Assembly: GCF_902652985.1 (NCBI RefSeq)
Contig: NC_047015.1
Span: 55,304,001 to 55,368,000 of the forward strand
Direction of reading: 5' to 3'
DNA: 64,000 nucleotides
From: Pecten maximus
Taxonomy: Eukaryota
In this document: positions 12,511 to 25,233 of the stretch, in pieces
How the letters are laid out: each line of letters opens with the position of its first letter
Numbering within the stretch: the first letter of the stretch is position 1
Notes under the pieces: generated by a model
What the model was told of the DNA's origin: nothing
The model's database searches: none
Seen by the model: the letters and a program-made list of their open reading frames with translations, nothing else
Translations under genes and position numbers: made by a program

Positions 12511-15212
12511 TGGGTAACCTCTAGCTTGTTGTGGATGGCCCACATAGTGAGCAAGTGATTTTGTTTTATCATTACTGATGTATAACTGTAAACCATTTGT
12601 CACCTTTACTTAAAATTCTCCACATTTTATGCAATATTCTGAATTCTTTTTCATTTACTTTTTCAATATTTTTGGGGGTAACTATTTATAATTGAATCAC
12701 TTTATTTGGATCCTGTATATTATTGATGTACTGCGGCAGTGTCATTGAGATTTACATCAGCTGTTGTTGCTTTGTTTTATGATACAATATATATACAGAT
12801 AATATGTCAGCATCATCTGCACTGTGTAATCAAAACATTTAACACATATTCGTCCTGGCTTTACTGTATTGTGGCTTGCCGATTGGTTTACACAATGTTC
12901 AGACAGAAGTATTGGTTATGTGCTAAGTGCAATTTTATGTGAGAACATATTAGTGTATCACACAATCTTCATTTTGACCTATTTTCATGTATATGTTTTT
13001 GAACGTTTTGTGCTAAAAACATGTCTCTACTTTGTCTTTTGTGCGGGAGTATTGACTGCTACCTCTATTTCTAGTTTTAAATGGCAGGTTTTCTAGTGAA
13101 TGTTATCCAGAACGTTCCTTGACAGATCCTCTCCTTTTGTTAATGAGTGAACAAAGTACACATACACTGACATAGCCAGTCTTGCCTTGTGTCATTCAGT
13201 CAACGAGAACTTATATAACATTAATATATTCTAAGTAGACTGCTTATCTGCAAGTAATTCTGAATTCCTGTTTACAATAGTTGCACAGAGCGCTTTCATC
13301 AACTAATTATCAAAATTGAATACATAATGATACATTCCAATCTGAAAACATGCAAATCATCTGGCTTAGCATTCTTGGTTTGGGAAAGAACAGAAATATT
13401 CAGAACTCATATAAAAAAAACTGCTGCTTGCAGTAAGGATTTTTACCCATTTTGAAATAAAAATGAGACAATTTATAATGCAGGGAATGATTTTATTTTC
13501 ATAATGAACATAGTTGTAATGCTGCCATGACAGAAATAAGCATAATGACTGGAGTTATCTCCCTTGCCGATTGCTGGTGGTTCTGTGATGACAAGGGGAT
13601 TTTGATGCCACATCTCTACTCTGATAATGTGCCTTAAATCATTTGTATGTCATTCCAGACTGTTTTAGATCATTATACTTCAGAATGTAAATGTATTCTC
13701 GTTCAACTTAAGGGTGTATGGTACGTTTTGTGCTAGAGTTAAAGAATTCATTCCAAAGTATAACAGTGACATACAAGCATACCAGTGATTTGTGTCGGAG
13801 TTAAATTGAAGAATCTCCTGATTAAGGTTATATGCTACCTTTCACATTATCCCTGTCACTTGTATTCAGAGTTATCTCTCTTGAAGATTTGTTTTACACA
13901 GAAAGTAGCATACATCCTTAAACATTTTCCTTTTCTTGTAAGGAAATAAGAACTTTTTCATCTGTTGTAGTTTGTTTTAATAAATGTACAATGTTAGATA
14001 TACATATTAATGTTTTTTAGATTAAATAAAGCATTACATTGTGTTTGAAATTGTATCTGTTGGTATATGTTTTGGAAAGCAAGAATTTCATACTTGTAAG
14101 GACTAAATCAATGCCATTATTATTAGTCTCCATAGATAACTTTTTGATGCTTTCTAGGGGTATGGGAATATTTTTTTCAATATTTCTGTTTAATCTGTCT
14201 CTCATTATGAAATATCATGTTTAATTATGATTGCTTGATGAACGTTGCTTTATATTGTTGGATATTTTGTATAAACTTGAAAGTTAAATACCAATAATAA
14301 TGTGATACTAAGTTCTATCTTATTGACATTCAAGTAAGTTATTTTCACTTCTTTGAGGAAACCAAATAAAGATATAATAGATTGAATATGTCTGTCAGTG
14401 TTTTCATTACATCTAAAGCAAACACAGTCAAGTTAAACTATGTGATGTGTATTGGCTGCAGTCAGTTAAAAAGGAGTACCTCTTAGGTAAGGTCTATATC
14501 AATGCCATTATCATTATCAGGGATATGAGATTAATTTTCCAATATTTTTTTGATAATCTGTCTATATGAAGTATATGTTTGATTAAGCAATATATATAGC
14601 TTAAAACATTTCATAGACAATCTGGTGAAAAACACCACTCATCCAAAACGAGCGAAAATGCCAAAAATGGGGGAGGGGCAATGACTTTTGCTTCTCTGAA
14701 AAGATTAGCTACATGTCATTATTGTAAAGCCTACTAAAATCAAAAGAAATCTGTTGGAAACTTAGGAGATTTTGGTCAATGGAATAGAGTGGACGACAGC
14801 AGTAGTGTAATTTTGATAGGCCTTCATTGTTGCATGATACTTCTAGTCGTTTGGAGACCATTGCCGTGTCCCTCCCTCTGATTTGGAAATTTCTAAAAAG
14901 TCTTGCATATTTACCCCTGAAGTCAAGACATTACCATTTAACAAGTTTGATAGTTCTTACTGCTAACAATATGCTTTGTCTACCGTTGTGATTTTGCATT
15001 TTGTATGTGTCTTATGATTGAAGAATCCTGAATCATGTGCCTGGACAATGGTGGAGAGGGCTTATGTAGGTATTATCTTGGTCTAATACCCACTAAATTA
15101 ATTCAACAAAACATTGTGAAATGAGACAATGGCAGTGCGAAAGCCAGAGAGGGACTGCTTTGGAATGTGGTACACAATTGTATCATACAACGGTAGTTAG
15201 TATCAGAATGGC

Positions 15213-15380
15213 AAGTTTGTTTATTTGACCAGATTATCATCCACTGGACATACAAGGTCATTTGGGACATGGTGTTACTTGTTGTAGTTGGTGGCTACAT
15301 CATTGAGCAACATATTCGAGGCTACCCAGAATAATTTGTGTAAAGTGTATTGCCAGGGACACAACCACAACACACAACAG
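15213..15380 (-). mobile_element. Old CORE-type SINE fragment
   Basis: TTGTAGTTGGTGGCTACATCA...GTAAAGTGTATTGCCAGGGACACAACCAC; homologous to the copies at 12146 and 60130. Confidence 0.55.
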
Positions 15381-15694
15381 CATAGGCCTAGACATCTATT
15401 TGACGACATGTCGAGTCATTGTGTTCCGTTTCAGTTATAACTATTACATTAGTGTAAAGTACAAATGAAATATATAAGCACGATAGTCGTTAGAAAACAT
15501 ATACATTATGATATTTAAAAAGCGACGGTGTGATTTTCACCAAGGGTCAATGATGGTGTTATCCACAGCCGGTAAGTCGGTCGACAAATTTAGTTCATGT
15601 AGTACACTTTGGCCATTAGTAAATTGATATCTTACTAAAACATCTTATTTCTCTTGATCTGTTCTGAACCTGGTCTAGATTAAAATACCGAATT

Positions 15695-15726
<32 letters not shown>

Positions 15727-16718
15727 ATTTCATAAGACGTCTCTAAATGTGCTACCCCACTGTCATTTTTACTTATTTTTAATATATCCCCCCCCCCCCC
15801 CCCCCAAAAAAACAAACAAATGAAAAGACGTCTCAAAATGTGCTATACACAATAGGGAAGGTCCAAATACACGTAGACTGTAACAAACCCTCAAGTCCCT
15901 GTGGCCGCGATGGACGTATGTCATTACTCCGAGATTGTCGCAGTCCATTACAACAATATCAACATATCAGTACGAATTCCTCCTCAATCTACCATGGAAG
16001 ACAGTAAGTAGTTTAATCGGCCAACAATTGTGAACATCTACGAGGGTTTAAAGTACTTATATGTCCATTGAGAGGGCCTACTTATCTTTGTCATATAAAC
16101 GGTTACTTGTTTGTGGTCGACGGCGATTAATAGACGAGGACAAAGCAATTGAAACCTGACCCACAAATACTTCGCCGTAAATAAACCGGGCCAGATATTC
16201 TTTAGATCTACAGCATTTGGAATGTATTTTTTCTCCAATTGTTCGATAAAACAAGCTAAGTAAACAATTTGATATACCTGACTTATGTTCAATTGAGGAC
16301 TCCCTGTGGATTTATCGAATACGATCCATGTCGTGCTCTTAGTACATGTACGGAACGAAGCATTGGCCACAAATGTTCTAAAACACAGATTTGGATCACA
16401 ACCTAATCTACAACGTAATACGTTCTTAAAGACAAAGCTAACTAGAGAGTCGGAGATATATTATCCGGAGAAATGATATTTAAGCATTGAACGGCTTTCA
16501 GTTGGCATTCATAGTCGATATGAATGCCAACTGGACAGAGGCAAATTCCATGAAGCGCGCTATTATATTTACCATCTGCGATTTTTTATTTGTCGTGCGA
16601 TTTTTTTTTGAAATTTTCAAATTCAAATTTCAGTTGGCAGTTCATAAGCTGGTGAACTCGCAACTGAATTGGTAGGGTTATATAGTGGCAGTGCCATACA
16701 ATGGTAAATATCACGTAA

Positions 16719-16936
16719 TGGGGCCGAGTGGTTAAGGTGACCCGACACTTTAACACTAGCCTTCCACCTCTGGGTTGCGAGTTCGAAACCTACGTGGATC
16801 AGTTGCCAGGTACTGACTGTACATGTAGGCTGGTGGTTTTTCTCCGGGTACTCCGGCTTTCCTCCACCTCCAAAACCTGGCACGTCCTTAAATGACCCTG
16901 GTTGTTAATAGGACGTTAAACAAAAACAAACCAAAG
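16719..16936 (+). mobile_element. tRNA-derived V-domain SINE with target-site duplication
   Basis: A box GGCCGAGTGGTTAAGG, B box GTTCGAAAC, V-domain TTTTCTCCGGGTACTCCGGCTTTCCTCCAC and an A/C-rich tail. TSD ATATCACGTAA at 16708-16718 and 16937-16947. Confidence 0.9.
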
Positions 16937-18982
16937 ATATCACGTAAATAATCTGCTTGTACTAAACTCCAAAAACAAAAAGATTGGCTCACTCCGAGTT
17001 TACATGCTTCAGCAAACTGGCGGTCAAAATGTGATTTGTCAATCGTATCACCCTCGTTTGTTTGAATGATGTCAATGTTACTGTATGCGTAATTTTTACT
17101 TTGAGAAATTTCGAATGAGAGAATTTCAAATTCAACAATAAGCACTGTTTCGGAGTTAGACGGAATATAAGCTTAGTAGCTATCGGAAAATAAACGTGAA
17201 ATGTAGTTGAATAATTCATTCATTCATTCATTTCATCCATTCATTTCATCCATTCATTTCCCTTTAAGAGATTCAGGAAAATCCAAGGAATGATAGACCT
17301 TACAAATTGAATTTCCATGTCGCATTACAGTTTTCATCAAACATGAAAAAAAGGCATATTTAACTGACGAAGCTGTTAGGTAATGCTCCAAGAATGGCTT
17401 CTTCCTGAAATTTCTCGACTATTGACTGACCATTCCCTCTATAACTACGGGTATAATGATAAATGATCGCGTTTCTTAACGTCTTTAGCGTATGACGTCA
17501 GATAAGAGACCATTATGTAACTCTGACGTCAACAGTGCAGGCTTTGTCCGCGCTGGGCGACCGTATCGCCACCACAGGTGTGTTGGATATCATCGATATA
17601 TACAGGTAGGTGTATAGCTACATAACATCAAGTTTGAAGTTCAATAAAGTCGCGTGCCATTTCTGTCAATTAAATCAGAATAAAGGGAAGAAATCGGAAA
17701 CGTACGAGATAAAAGGAGATGAATGTCGCCCTGTCCTGCCGTTCCGGAGACCGAGTATTTAACAAACCATTATGTATATGTCGTACATACAGGTGTATGT
17801 GTTCTTGTGTTCTATATGTAAACTGAACATCTCGATGCAAGCCAGTCAACCGTTGCCAATTAAATTAGATATGCGCAATATTTTGATTCGTTTTGTTGAT
17901 AATGTTTATGTAGATAAGCTATTGACAATAACAACCACGCGTTTACGTAAGAGTTACATCAATTTCGACTTAATAAATCTGACAGACAACCTACGAGGTA
18001 AATATATGTATTGCTATATTCATACAAAATTCAATGGATGTGCATATTGACCACTTAACCACTCAATAAATATTACGTCAGAAATTTACATACACAAAGC
18101 TTATTTGAAAGGAGTATAATCTTTTGAATTATTTTCGTAAAGATTTTTGAAATGTTTTTTAAATTTAATCCGTAAAAAATCTTCCCCAACAGGCCATATT
18201 TGTATCTGAAATTCAATGTGTTTCACCCTTAGTTTGAATATGCAAATCAAAATATCTTGAAAGGAAAAATCTAACATAATGTATAAGAATTTCGCATCTT
18301 TTGCATAAAAATTATACCAGAACATGTTTGCCTAAAGCAGTGCCATTATGATGATTTCCTAATTGTGAATTAATCATTTTTTTTACAGTTTTAAAACTTA
18401 GCTAGATAATAAGTCAACCTAACTGATCTGACACGGGACGAAAATTAATAATGTATGTGAATGACGTCATCACAACAATTTCTCATTTCTTCTATTATTC
18501 CATACACAGAGCAAACAAATAAATGGCAGAGAAGGAAATGAAATAAATATGTTATACATGTATAAGGAAACGTGTGATTTTAAAATCAATGACCCACCAA
18601 AGAATTAAAATATAGCGACATAAATAAATTAAGGCCATACACTACCTAGCTGTGACGTGCACCTTCATTCTAAAGAGTTCCAAATTAAATCTGTGAGGTC
18701 AGTAAATATGGATATTGTCAAATGACTGTTGAAGGGAGATGGAAATAAGAGTGATTTATTTCGTGAGAAATTGTTCTCAATTTTCCACAAGATCGCGATT
18801 ACCCCTTAATACTGCATATGAGCAAATTATGTCGAGACTTGAGGTATGTCTCCGGGAGAGTTACGGTCGTAAATTCGCGGTTAATTTCCTCTCTGTCATT
18901 TTCTTTACATAACTCATTAACGGGACTGTTTGATGTGCTGGACGTTATGTAAATGTCGTCACAGCACTAGTTATAAGTCGAT

Positions 18983-19217
18983 AGCGACATCTAGCGGATA
19001 ATAACGACGAAAGTTTAACAATACCGACAGCGCCACCTTATGGTGACCAATGGCGTTAAGACATTTTCGATTACTTGTAGTTAGAAAGTGCAACACAGTA
19101 AGCTTTTGAAGATAAAAGAAATTCCCACAAAGGTGTTTGATCGCTATCACAGGTTCCGATACCCCAAGCTAAGAAACATTGATAGACATGTACTTTTACG
19201 ACAGCGACACCTACCGG
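18983..19217 (-). promoter_or_regulatory. Cluster of three co-oriented CTCF-like motifs
   Basis: AGCGACATCTAGCGG (18983), AGCGCCACCTTATGG (19029) and AGCGACACCTACCGG (19203); reverse complements resemble the CTCF core CCRSYAGRTGGCGCT. Confidence 0.5.
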
Positions 19218-19609
19218 ACACATATCGACATTTTGTTAATCGTCAGACAATATAATCACACCTTAGGTAGTGACAGTTCAGTATAAATGTAAACGAGACA
19301 GGGGTACACTTTAAACAACATTGGTCTTCTGTCAATCCTATTAGTGTTAAAGCCCGGAATAGTTTAAGGGCACAATGGAGGTTATATTCCGTTTTCTGTG
19401 CCATTATTTCTACTCAAACCAAAATGTAGTATTCCACGATATGGTTATTCATGGATCAAGTTAAACAAGGATAAGAAACTGTCCATGTTTATAGATTATA
19501 GGCTATGTGTCTTACCTAAAATTATATACTTGTACCGTAATATAACATTGTATTGGAATCAAACAAGCTTTAAAGACAAACGATGTAACTGGAGCATTAT
19601 CTAATTTGA

Positions 19610-19804
19610 TACTGTAATATACTTATTTTGGAGAGCTAAAATTTTAGTCTGAATTATTGGCACACACAAGTAAGGTACTTGCTGTAGAAAATATTATGTA
19701 ATATATAATATATATATATAAAATATAATACAATTAGCGTAATTGGAATTCAGTGAAAAGACTGCTAAAATAATTCCACCGCTAAAATAGGTAAGTTTAC
19801 AGTA
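19610..19804. mobile_element. Small MITE with TACTGTAA...TTACAGTA termini
   Basis: Imperfect terminal inverted repeats: TACTGTAATATACTTATTTT versus the reverse complement of the right end, TACTGTAAACTTACCTATTTT. Confidence 0.5.
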
Positions 19805-21061
19805 TCAAGAATCTTTTGTTACTAAACAAATGTCATTAATCCAAGATTCAAGTAGACACGGTTTTAATATGTCATCAACCTAATGATAATTCGTTCAAAC
19901 GGGTACAAAATTAAAGAATAATGTAGGATATATGCTTTTCCTTAATGAAATCCATTAATATTTTGCATCAGGGACGTGAGTTTTATACTAATAGAAACTT
20001 GTCTGATTTTGTTGTAAATCCAATATTCATATAAGCATGTATAAAATTTAAATGCATAATATATTTACCTTTCTAACGAAAATCTGTTTATTTTTTTAAT
20101 TTTGTAACTTGCGTTCTAGATTTAAGCAATGCTTCTTATAGCGGCCGCATACTTTTAAAATTTGCAATCAATGGCTTCTTGTCTGTTATCCCTGTAACGT
20201 CAATAGAAAACGGATCTACTATCGAAACACAAACTTCCACCTCAATGAATTCAAGACACAAATGGGGCGAGATGATTCAATGTATTTAATACGACAGTTA
20301 GAGCCCATACAGAAATCTGATCTTATACCTGTTTACACATCTTTACTATACTAACCCGAGAAACAGTATTTACCTGTGACGTTATCCACAGAGATCTGAA
20401 ATGAGAACTTCACAGGGGACTCTTTATCTTCCCATTCATCGAATACTTTAACAATTAGGTACGGCGAATTTAACTCCATAGTAAATATTTGCACACGAAT
20501 TTTACTCGATAGTTGCACAATATATCATCACAAATTAATTATTGTTTCCAACTGAAGAATACCGTAAGTCAAGTTTATCAGGGGGAGCCTCGCGAAGAAA
20601 GTCGTCTCCCTAAATGCCATGAAAGCTAAACTGATATAAAAAATATTATAACAATAATAGTGAATTTGGTTGCGTTCTCTAATTTCGTGTTGTTAAAACA
20701 TATATTTGTGTCTTTACAAGTGTAATACCAATTCTTGGCTCATTTTAAAGCGTCATAAATTCTTGTGTATCCTCCAAATGTCTCGACAAAGATATCCAAG
20801 TTCAAACTGTAATTCTTAAACGTTACTGTATAATAGATATACTGTATGCTTCACGTCAGAGTAGCATGTAGCCTTAAGTCGTCGCGAAAATCAATATAAC
20901 TCTTTATACTGGATCCAATCTGCCTTGATTAACGAGGATTAACGAGATTGCATTATTGGTAAGCATACCATTAACATCCAAACACTTGGCTTTGTCACAT
21001 GATTACACCATTACACAGAATAAATGCAGCCCGAATATTATCCATACAGCCAAATCACGAG

Positions 21062-22369
21062 TCACGTTTCGTTTTTATCAGATTGAATGTCACTAGCTAC
21101 AGTTTCAAATTCTTTACTACATTTCACTTTGATACTCTTTCTTTGAAAACACATAGCTTGTCTCCGTGCACTCGGAACTGGTGACCTTAAACGGGGGAGA
21201 TGAACCTGCCAGCTGGATGTTAGATTTCCCTCCCTCGTCTCTCCGAACGTAGGGGAAGGCGAAAGAGATGGCGGCAGACCGTCCAAAACATCATCGTATT
21301 TTTTCAAAATTGATTTCGGTTTTTTGTAAAGTTTTGTTTCCTTCTTTGATTGTATGGGTGGTAATCTCACTGGTCGTTTTGGCTTTAGATTAAATTCAAC
21401 CTTTCTCCTTTTCGGGATGTACCTTTTATCGAGGTTTTCTTTGCACAAGAAGTTTACATTCATTTTTGTGGACTTGCTACTTCCCGTTGTATGACTTGAC
21501 CAACTGCCGTCCCTACTCCGTTGCTCCTCGTCATGAATTGGAATTGTTGGTAAAAATCCTGCTTTCTTTAACTTCGGATTTTTCTTTTTCGAATGTTTGA
21601 TTTTGATGGTGTCAGGTGAAGTACTATTAACGTCGAATCGTGGCGCGAGATCTGATTCACTGACGTCACTTTTGACGTCACTTTTGCTGTCAGCTTTATC
21701 ACGGCGCATAGACGTAATAAAGTCACTGCTATCGGCGTAACGTTCCTTTATTTCGTCTAGTTTATCGCCCCATAAAGAATCGTCCGTATACCAACTTGTA
21801 TATGAAGTAGGTCTGCTTCTAGAGGCAATGCTACTCGTCTCCGAATCTATCCTGTCCTTCCGGTACGGTAGTCTTGTCCGTATGGCCTTGACCTTGGACT
21901 GTTTTGATTCCGTACTCCGGACAGAAGAACCACCTTCTGATCCTAGCCGGGTTCGTGACGGTTGCCTCCCGGTTGTAAGCACATCACTGATGATTTGTTT
22001 TGCCGAAATTCTGTTATACGTGATTGTCTCTGTCCGTCGTTTTTGAAGTTTTAAAATGGATCCAAGCTCTGCTGTTGAAGTGTTATTTGAGCGTTGAAGT
22101 GCTCTAAGGGTGTCCAGTCCTTTCTCATAAGGAACTGTTAGGCTTGTAGAACTGATTTTCTGCCTGATATTGGCGTAAGCTGTGGTATCCTTGGCAACGT
22201 CTGCTTTTATGGTTTCTCTGCGAGCGTACCGCAGGTAACTAGGCAACGTAGCAAAGGCATAATTACGTTGCATGGTGCTCGAGTGGGGAAGCTGGACAGG
22301 TGAGCGAAGAGGATGAGTAGGCGATGGGTGTGATAATGAATCGGGCGCGCTAGGAAGCACTGCCGACAT
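21062..22369 (-). CDS. Uncharacterised intronless 435-aa basic, Ser/Lys/Arg-rich, probably disordered protein
   Basis: 1308-nt uninterrupted ORF in AT-rich DNA with raised GC; first ATG at 22369 (the ORF track starts at a GTG, 22378). No recognisable domain. Confidence 0.75.
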   Translation of the reverse strand: MSAVLPSAPDSLSHPSPTHPLRSPVQLPHSSTMQRNYAFATLPSYLRYARRETIKADVAKDTTAYANIRQKISSTSLTVPYEKGLDTLRALQRSNNTSTAELGSILKLQKRRTETITYNRISAKQIISDVLTTGRQPSRTRLGSEGGSSVRSTESKQSKVKAIRTRLPYRKDRIDSETSSIASRSRPTSYTSWYTDDSLWGDKLDEIKERYADSSDFITSMRRDKADSKSDVKSDVSESDLAPRFDVNSTSPDTIKIKHSKKKNPKLKKAGFLPTIPIHDEEQRSRDGSWSSHTTGSSKSTKMNVNFLCKENLDKRYIPKRRKVEFNLKPKRPVRLPPIQSKKETKLYKKPKSILKKYDDVLDGLPPSLSPSPTFGETREGNLTSSWQVHLPRLRSPVPSARRQAMCFQRKSIKVKCSKEFETVASDIQSDKNET

Positions 22370-24625
22370 CTGTAACACCTGGGCGTACCTGACACCTAGT
22401 TCAGGTATTCAAATTCGCACATCAGTGTAGATATAGCCTACTTCTTTTCAGTAGTCCGTGTCTGTAATCGTACAAATTGACACTAACGTCTCCTCCTAAT
22501 CGTAAATACACAGTTATATTAGTACACCTGTACACGTGTTTCGCACCTGGATATTATCATGTAAACACACTTGTTGATATACATATCCGAGATTAAGTCT
22601 ATGCCGTAATACCCGTTAACTGCACCTGATCATGCTATCTATGCACCAATGTATCCTCATCCTATCCTCCCAAAACATACGACACATGCGCGCTGTTTAT
22701 TTCATACATCCACACAACAACACTCATGGAACATAGAATTTGTCCTCCTCGTACACAATCGTACACATATAATTCCGTCCAAAATAGGCACAGCCATTAG
22801 ATACTGGTCATATCCTTGTCAATTCATCTAAACTCCAAATACTGTTAGTTACATTTTTTTCATGTCCGACAGAAATGGAATAACTCCAATCGCGTTCGTG
22901 TATGTTCCCTGGGGGAGCTTCCCTTCGTATAAAATACACAACCTTTCGTGTGATCAAAACAATTTATGTAAAGTAGATGGTAAGACGATTTTGATTCCGT
23001 CACATCAAATCAACGCTAACATTCTTCTACCTCGACACATGACGAGAACCGAGCACTATGTGGCCGCCATAAGTGATTCTGAACATTCTGTGCCCAATCT
23101 TACGATCGCCTTCCCTTTACAGGTAGCTCAACGCTGTACATATTTTTTGTCAAAACGGACCATTGGTCCAATACGCAGACGACCGAATACATAGAACCCG
23201 ATACCGCCGCGGACAGGATAGGAACGGTCTCTATTGACAGACAGCTGATCAGAAGCGATCTATTAAAGGTCGTCACTGCTCGATAGCCGGATTAACCGCA
23301 TGTCAAATGTGTTTTTTACGATTGAAAAAACGAAGACAGCAACGTGAATACGAGAGGATTTACCTTGTATAGTGAATATATATATATTGTGAATTTCTTT
23401 TTTCAATGGCTTTTTATGTATTTCTGACGTGACTGTTATGAACAGGAATTAACATCTTTTGAATATTGAATTTGTGATTTAATAACGAGTGTTGACGCTA
23501 ACAACATAAAGGCCAGACACATCTAACGGTTATATCCTCGAGATTACCTATAGAATTCAAAGAATTGTATGAAGCACATTGGATATCATTTACGTCGAAT
23601 TTACTCATGATACTAATATGAAGAAAATAGACAATTTGGGGTAAATTTAAAGCGTAATCTCGCTGAAATGTCGGAACTAGGACGCGGCAAAACATCGCCC
23701 AAATGATCACTAAGTTTACAGCTAATTACAGTATATCTTATTTTGATGTAAATGAAAGTCAAACGAGTCTTTGTTAACTGACATGCACTGCATATAAATA
23801 ACGAATGGGGAAACATAAATTTCCTCTTAAATGTTAAGTCTTCCCATGGAACATTTTAAGCTAATGCACGCTGATGGAACCAGGGTCAGGGCTGACTGTC
23901 CCGTTGGCTAATTTGTTACTGTAAACGTCGGTATTTTCTTGGATAAAATATAACAGTATAAACAGTCATTCCCTTTTCCTTTAACTTTTCACAAGCAAAA
24001 CCCAATATATTACCCATCTGAAGAGACACCTATTGGTCTACACTATCTTTCGCCTCGCAACAGTCCTACATGGTTCACAGATTGCTAAACAATGGCCATT
24101 TTATTGAGATAATTTTTTAGTTTATAAAAGAAGAAAAGTTCATGAAGATGGAAAAGCATATTTTGCTCTTGTCTGTTTCCCCAAGAATAAGGCATGCATT
24201 TAAACAGATTAGTACAAAACGATGAAGGACACTTATACCATGCACAGAAACTACTATTATTGGTCAAGTCACAATTTAGCGTAAACCGCTAAAACATCAT
24301 TACCACTTACATACATATACATTAACACATGTTGCTCTCGTCGTTTCCAAAAGAATAGGACATGTTTTAGGCATTGATGTGGTATGTGGAGCAATGTTTT
24401 TATACATACAGGAATACCATACGTATTGATATGTATTAATCAATAATTAGAGACCTCGTGGTGATAAGTAAGGTATTGTAATGAGCTGGTGTTCGCTGGA
24501 CACCTGTTGTTGAAATAAATGTACATACAGAGACGTGACATTCAAAGAGTATTCATAAATAATGATGCAATACCATAATAAAACATACAACTTAAACTGT
24601 ATATTAACAGTTCATCAGTATTACA

Positions 24626-24705
24626 TACAGTGGAACTTCGTTAACTCGAACTCGACGGGACCACGAGAAAGCTTCGAGTTATCCGAGTGTTCGAATTAAG
24701 CAGAG
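24626..24705 (+). mobile_element. pogo/Tigger-like terminal fragment
   Basis: TA-CAGTGGAACTTCGTTAACTCGAACTCG followed by an internal inverted repeat (TTCGAGTTATCCGAG); no matching right end seen. Confidence 0.5.
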
Positions 24706-25233
24706 TTGTCATTTTTGGTGCAAAGTTTGGTCAATATTTGTCAACATTATATAATCATTATAACTCCGCTCTGTCGCTCATCAGTTAAGTATAAAGACTG
24801 TACATAGAAAGAACAGTTATATCTTATCTGGGTATGGATATAAGTGGTAACGATTAGAGACATATTCAGTACGGCATGTATTCAGCCCGAATAAAATGGG
24901 AGGAGAAGGGGGTGTTTCAATGATAATTTAATTTCATTATATTATATAATACATTGTATACAGAAACCTTTGTATATCGATGATATCATTATCATTTCAC
25001 ACGATATTAAAATTGTCAGGGCTACTAGGATTCACCACTTCACTATTTTTTGTGTCGTTCAGAGATGCACGTGCAATACGATCTGAGTGGTCGATACTCG
25101 ACATTCCACAACACTTAACAGTCAACATTCTGTCCGCCCATAACACAATCTTAACCAGCTGAGTGAAAACAACCTTTTCTACGTTTGCTTTTTGACAAAA
25201 TCCTACACGTCCTTCCCAATCCTACCGACAACG

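Noticed and set aside
15699-15805. Poly-C/G runs as functional G-quadruplexes (also at 40749 and 43238)
   Set aside because: Homopolymer runs recur in this window and are prone to length error; no supporting context.
16108-16180. THAP-like peptide WSTAINRR
   Set aside because: Too short, followed by a stop, and the C2CH ligands could not be found.
16719-16800. tRNA gene (also at 33287, 53061 and 60360)
   Set aside because: A and B boxes are present but continue into SINE body and tail, in several cases with TSDs; no complete cloverleaf.
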